Positions 63,703 through 64,000 of a stretch of 64,000 bases of DNA are shown piece by piece. The DNA is taken from positions 62,001-126,000 of the forward strand of contig CDRNVI010000055.1 of NCBI GenBank assembly GCA_977017575.1. Direction: 5' to 3'. Position 1 is the first letter of the stretch. The number at the start of each line of letters is the position of its first letter. This DNA comes from Paramoeba atlantica (lineage: Eukaryota > Protista > Discosea). The notes under the pieces were generated by a model. That model saw only the letters and a list, made by a program, of their open reading frames with translations, ran no database searches and was not told the DNA's origin. The position numbers were made by a program, and so were the translations under genes.

Positions 63703-64000
63703 GGGACAGGATCACCAAATACAAAAAATAAAAAAAAAACAAAGACAAGAAAAAAAGAAAAAAAAACTAAGACAAAAAAAAAAAGAGCGGTCCTGGGGTT
63801 TGGAGGTTGTCCCTATAATTTTGGAAGGTTATGGATGTTAATCGGTTAACAGGCTTTATTCTCACGCCTTGTTTCCTTTTCGGAAGCAAGGTTCCCCAAT
63901 GTGAGGTAAATATGAGTAAAGGTTTCCTTTACTCAACGATTAGCGCCTTAATGTTTTTTGACCGCGTCACTGTTGACACGGCCGTACACCACGCCTAGTT

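Larger units (their letters stand above)
59366..64000 (+). mobile_element. Tyrosine-recombinase retrotransposon (VIPER/TATE/DIRS-like); termini not resolved
   Basis: gag-like, YR and RT/RNase H ORFs in that order, all uninterrupted. Confidence 0.9.

Noticed and set aside
1-64000. tRNA, rRNA, a true SL RNA gene, or a telomeric array
   Set aside because: No cloverleaf with T-loop context, no rRNA signature beyond a short GGATTGTTCA coincidence, no SL exon followed by GT, no (TTAGGG)n tract.

Overview
Eukaryotic, intron-less kinetoplastid-type DNA. The eRF1, eL41, TUT4 and KKT10/19-like proteins are kinetoplastid-like; the compact spacing and short LRR gene suggest a Perkinsela-like lineage (inference). 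1-26.8 kb: 17 housekeeping genes, all on the minus strand, consistent with a polycistronic cluster. 27-64 kb: a dense mobile-element island containing one host gene (Rsm22-like). From termini, target duplications and transposase motifs the island holds Tc1/IS630 (DD35E), pogo-like, Merlin (two transposases, one inserted with an 8-bp TSD into an otherwise intact Tc1), PIF/Harbinger-like (PHIS), a hAT-like element whose empty site is also in the window, fragments of REL-type non-LTR retrotransposons, and an apparently intact three-ORF tyrosine-recombinase retrotransposon (VIPER/DIRS-like). The most unusual signals are (i) several 5'-truncated spliced-leader-like remnants ending at the exon boundary with no intron GT, suggesting retroposition of trans-spliced RNAs, (ii) a ~560-nt structured RNA-like module in two copies with structure-preserving substitutions, and (iii) an unrecognised accessory ORF family tied to the PHIS-like element. 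All alignments and pairings were done by eye; no database searches were run.
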